Shown: one piece after another, positions 61,811 through 64,000 of the stretch | Numbering within the stretch: the stretch's first letter is position 1 | Layout of the letters: each line of letters starts with the position of its first letter | NCBI GenBank assembly: GCA_963799845.1 | Contig: CAWCYI010000006.1 | Span: 32,001 to 96,000 of the forward strand | Source of the DNA: an uncultured Nitrososphaerota archaeon | GTDB lineage: Archaea > Thermoproteota > Nitrososphaeria > Nitrososphaerales > CADDZS01 | Direction: 5' to 3' | DNA: 64,000 nucleotides | Position numbers and translations under genes: made by a program | Notes under the pieces: model-generated | The model's database searches: none | What the model was told of the DNA's origin: nothing | What the model saw: the letters and a program-made list of their open reading frames with translations, nothing else

Positions 61811-63037
61811 GTGACGATGCTCACAGGGATTATCGGGAAGCCTAACGTCGGCAAGTCCACTTTTTTCAATTCTGCAACTTTGCTGAACGTCGCCGTTGCA
61901 AACTATCCTTTTACCACGATAAATCCCAACATGGGGAACGCGTACATCAGAGTAAAATGCATTCATGAAGAGCTCGGCGTAAAGGACAATCCTGTAAACT
62001 CTGCTTGCGTCGATGGTACGCGGTTAATCCCGGTCAGACTGGTTGATGTTGCAGGTCTCGTCCCGGGAGCTTCTTCTGGAAGAGGGCTCGGAAACAAATT
62101 CCTGGACGACCTTAGACAGGCCGATGCCCTAATTCATGTAATCGATGCTTCAGGATCTACCGACGAAGAAGGTAGAGTTGTAAAAGTCGGTACCCGCGAT
62201 CCAGCGGAGGATGTTGAATTCATCCGAAGGGAGGTCGTTCTCTGGGTAAAATCTCTCCTAGACAAAGATTGGCCAAAGATTACGAGAGCAGTAGAATCCG
62301 GCGCGGCAAATCCTGTGAAACTCCCCTTCGCGCTCATGGATAAGTTGTCAGGCCTCTCAATCGATGAGGAAGCAATTGAGGTGGCAATTCACAAACGGGG
62401 TCTAAAGATCGACAAACCGTCCGGGTGGAGCGATTCGGATCTCTGCGGTTTTTGCGAGACGCTGCTAGAAATTTCGAAGCCAATTCTGATCGCGGCAAAC
62501 AAGTGCGATCTACCGACCGCCAAAGAAACGATCAATAGGCTATCAAGGGAGCTCAGCGAATATGTGATGGTTCCCTGCGCGGCGGAAGCTGAACTGTTGC
62601 TCCGCAGAGCGTCACAGGCAAATCTGATTTTATATCTGCCAGGAGATGTGAGCTTCAAAATAAAAGATGAATCAAAAATTTCTCCGGCGCAGAGAAAAGC
62701 TCTTGATCTGGTCAAAAGCCACGTACTTGATGTCTGGCATGGGACGGGCGTTCAAAACGCGATCAACGATGCATATCTTCGCCTCTTGAAGGGAATTGTA
62801 GTCTATCCCGTCGAAGACGAGACAAAGTATTCCGACAAGAAAGGCAATGTGCTTCCTGACGCGAGAATAATGCATCGGGGGGATACCGCACGAGATCTTG
62901 CGTTCAAGGTCCATACTGACCTGGGAAATACATTCCTTTACGCGATCGATGCAAGAAGCGGACTTCGAGTCGGGGCGGATTACCAGCTTAAGGACAACGA
63001 CGTTCTGAAGATAGTCTCTTCTGCCAGAAAAGGCTAG
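61811..63037 (+). CDS. ychF: YchF/Obg-like NTPase
   Basis: GKPNVGKSTFF, NYPFTTI, DVAGLVPGA..GRGLGNKFL, C-terminal TGS domain. Confidence 0.95.
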   Translation: MTMLTGIIGKPNVGKSTFFNSATLLNVAVANYPFTTINPNMGNAYIRVKCIHEELGVKDNPVNSACVDGTRLIPVRLVDVAGLVPGASSGRGLGNKFLDDLRQADALIHVIDASGSTDEEGRVVKVGTRDPAEDVEFIRREVVLWVKSLLDKDWPKITRAVESGAANPVKLPFALMDKLSGLSIDEEAIEVAIHKRGLKIDKPSGWSDSDLCGFCETLLEISKPILIAANKCDLPTAKETINRLSRELSEYVMVPCAAEAELLLRRASQANLILYLPGDVSFKIKDESKISPAQRKALDLVKSHVLDVWHGTGVQNAINDAYLRLLKGIVVYPVEDETKYSDKKGNVLPDARIMHRGDTARDLAFKVHTDLGNTFLYAIDARSGLRVGADYQLKDNDVLKIVSSARKG

Positions 63038-63729
63038 GCAGCAGCAGCGATTGGCTTTTCGATCTCTTCGTCCATTTCCGCGAGATCTCCCTCCTCTTCT
63101 TCCTCAGTCGTCGGAGTTGGGACATAGGGCATTCCGTCTCCAGCCTTGATCAATTTGATCTTGCGAATTCCGAGGTGTCTGATTTTTGCGATCTCCTTCG
63201 TGTTGTCGTACAGTTCCCTTGCAAGGTTTTGCTTCACAGCTTCCTGGGCAAACTGCTCATAGAACATTGAAAGAGCACGTTCCTTGAGAATCTTGTCCGC
63301 CGCCAACCTAATTTCGTGCTTTCTGGACGAGTTTATTCTGCCAATGGTGAAAGCGACGACGTAAACTCTCACGATTGCGTTGTCTTTGGTCTTGTAGTCT
63401 CTGATGAAATTAACCATTGACGCGCCCCGCCTGACGAGGCTTCTCAGGTACTCTCTAGAGTACTCGTGTCCCTTCAGCACCGTCGTGGCGGTATTACCTT
63501 CAATACCCGTAATCTGAAAGTGAAGCTTGATCAACATGTTTTGCTGGGGATCCTGCTTAATAATATCAAAAAGCGTCGTTTCAATTACCCGTCCCATCGC
63601 AATTTCGTTGCTCGTAATCGGGACGTAGGCAATCGGAGCCCGGTCAAATCCGGGCGAAGCAAGGACAGTGACCCATTTTTTCTCGCGCCACTTGTCTTTG
63701 ACCTTTCCAGCTCTCTTCGGCTTTGGCAT
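63034..63729 (-). CDS. rps3ae: 30S ribosomal protein eS1 (S3ae)
   Basis: KDKWREKKW, GRVIETTL, EYLRSLVRRG. Confidence 0.96.
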   Translation of the reverse strand: MPKPKRAGKVKDKWREKKWVTVLASPGFDRAPIAYVPITSNEIAMGRVIETTLFDIIKQDPQQNMLIKLHFQITGIEGNTATTVLKGHEYSREYLRSLVRRGASMVNFIRDYKTKDNAIVRVYVVAFTIGRINSSRKHEIRLAADKILKERALSMFYEQFAQEAVKQNLARELYDNTKEIAKIRHLGIRKIKLIKAGDGMPYVPTPTTEEEEEGDLAEMDEEIEKPIAAAA

Positions 63730-63791
63730 ACTACGCAGACGGCCTTTCAGTTTTTAAGCGAATATAAGCTAAGCTGTGAAATCGGTTTGGT

Positions 63792-64000
63792 TCACTTCTC
63801 CACAGGAGTAATCTCGGTCTGCGAATTCATGTACGGGACTAGCAGTTTGGGTACCTCAATAACTCTCGCATCCTGTCTGTAATAGTTCTCAATCATTGCG
63901 GCCATAGTTCTTTCAGTTGCGACAAGCGTACTGTTTAGAGTATGCAGAAATCGAGATTCCTCGTGAGCTTTTTCCCGATATTTGATACCGAGAGCTCTTG
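63792..64000 (-). CDS. serS: Seryl-tRNA synthetase, C-terminal part
   Basis: Manual translation RALGIKYRE...FLHTLNSTLVATERTMAAMIENY...VPKLLVPYM. Confidence 0.93.
   Translation of the reverse strand, partial: RALGIKYREKAHEESRFLHTLNSTLVATERTMAAMIENYYRQDARVIEVPKLLVPYMNSQTEITPVEK

Noticed and set aside
62855-62865. CCTGACGCGAG matching the cassette junction
   Set aside because: Inside ychF coding sequence with no inverted arms.

Overview
Archaeal chromosomal DNA, most consistent with a non-ammonia-oxidising, probably acidophilic, heterotrophic Nitrososphaerota (Thaumarchaeota). This is an inference from eS25, eS1/S3ae, Alba, FEN-1, the nuoABCDHIJKMLN gene order, a G1 glutamic peptidase and a GH4 sugar locus. 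Most of the window is housekeeping: DNA ligase, Rpo6, TrmI, GGPP synthase, an 11-subunit complex I, S13-S4-S11, SUF genes, OFOR, CDC48, EF-1beta, Pth2, FNR, L15e, YchF and SerRS. All three tRNAs (Ile2-CAU, Glu-UUC, Asn-GUU) carry introns at non-canonical positions. An accessory island of about 8.5 kb separates sufC from sufB, and both genes carry an identical 16-bp operator-like site. The island holds (i) a transposase-free 544-bp VOC-gene cassette with perfect 13-bp inverted ends and an 8-bp target duplication, abutting a second similar end; (ii) five intergenic TCAGGGAT-core sites; and (iii) an IS481 element with a 15-bp target duplication. A dispersed non-coding element with AGCT phased every ~10 bp occurs at about 50.0 kb and, inverted, at about 61.6 kb. 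About ten frameshifts, mostly single-base and including nuoN and cdc48, look like sequencing or assembly errors.
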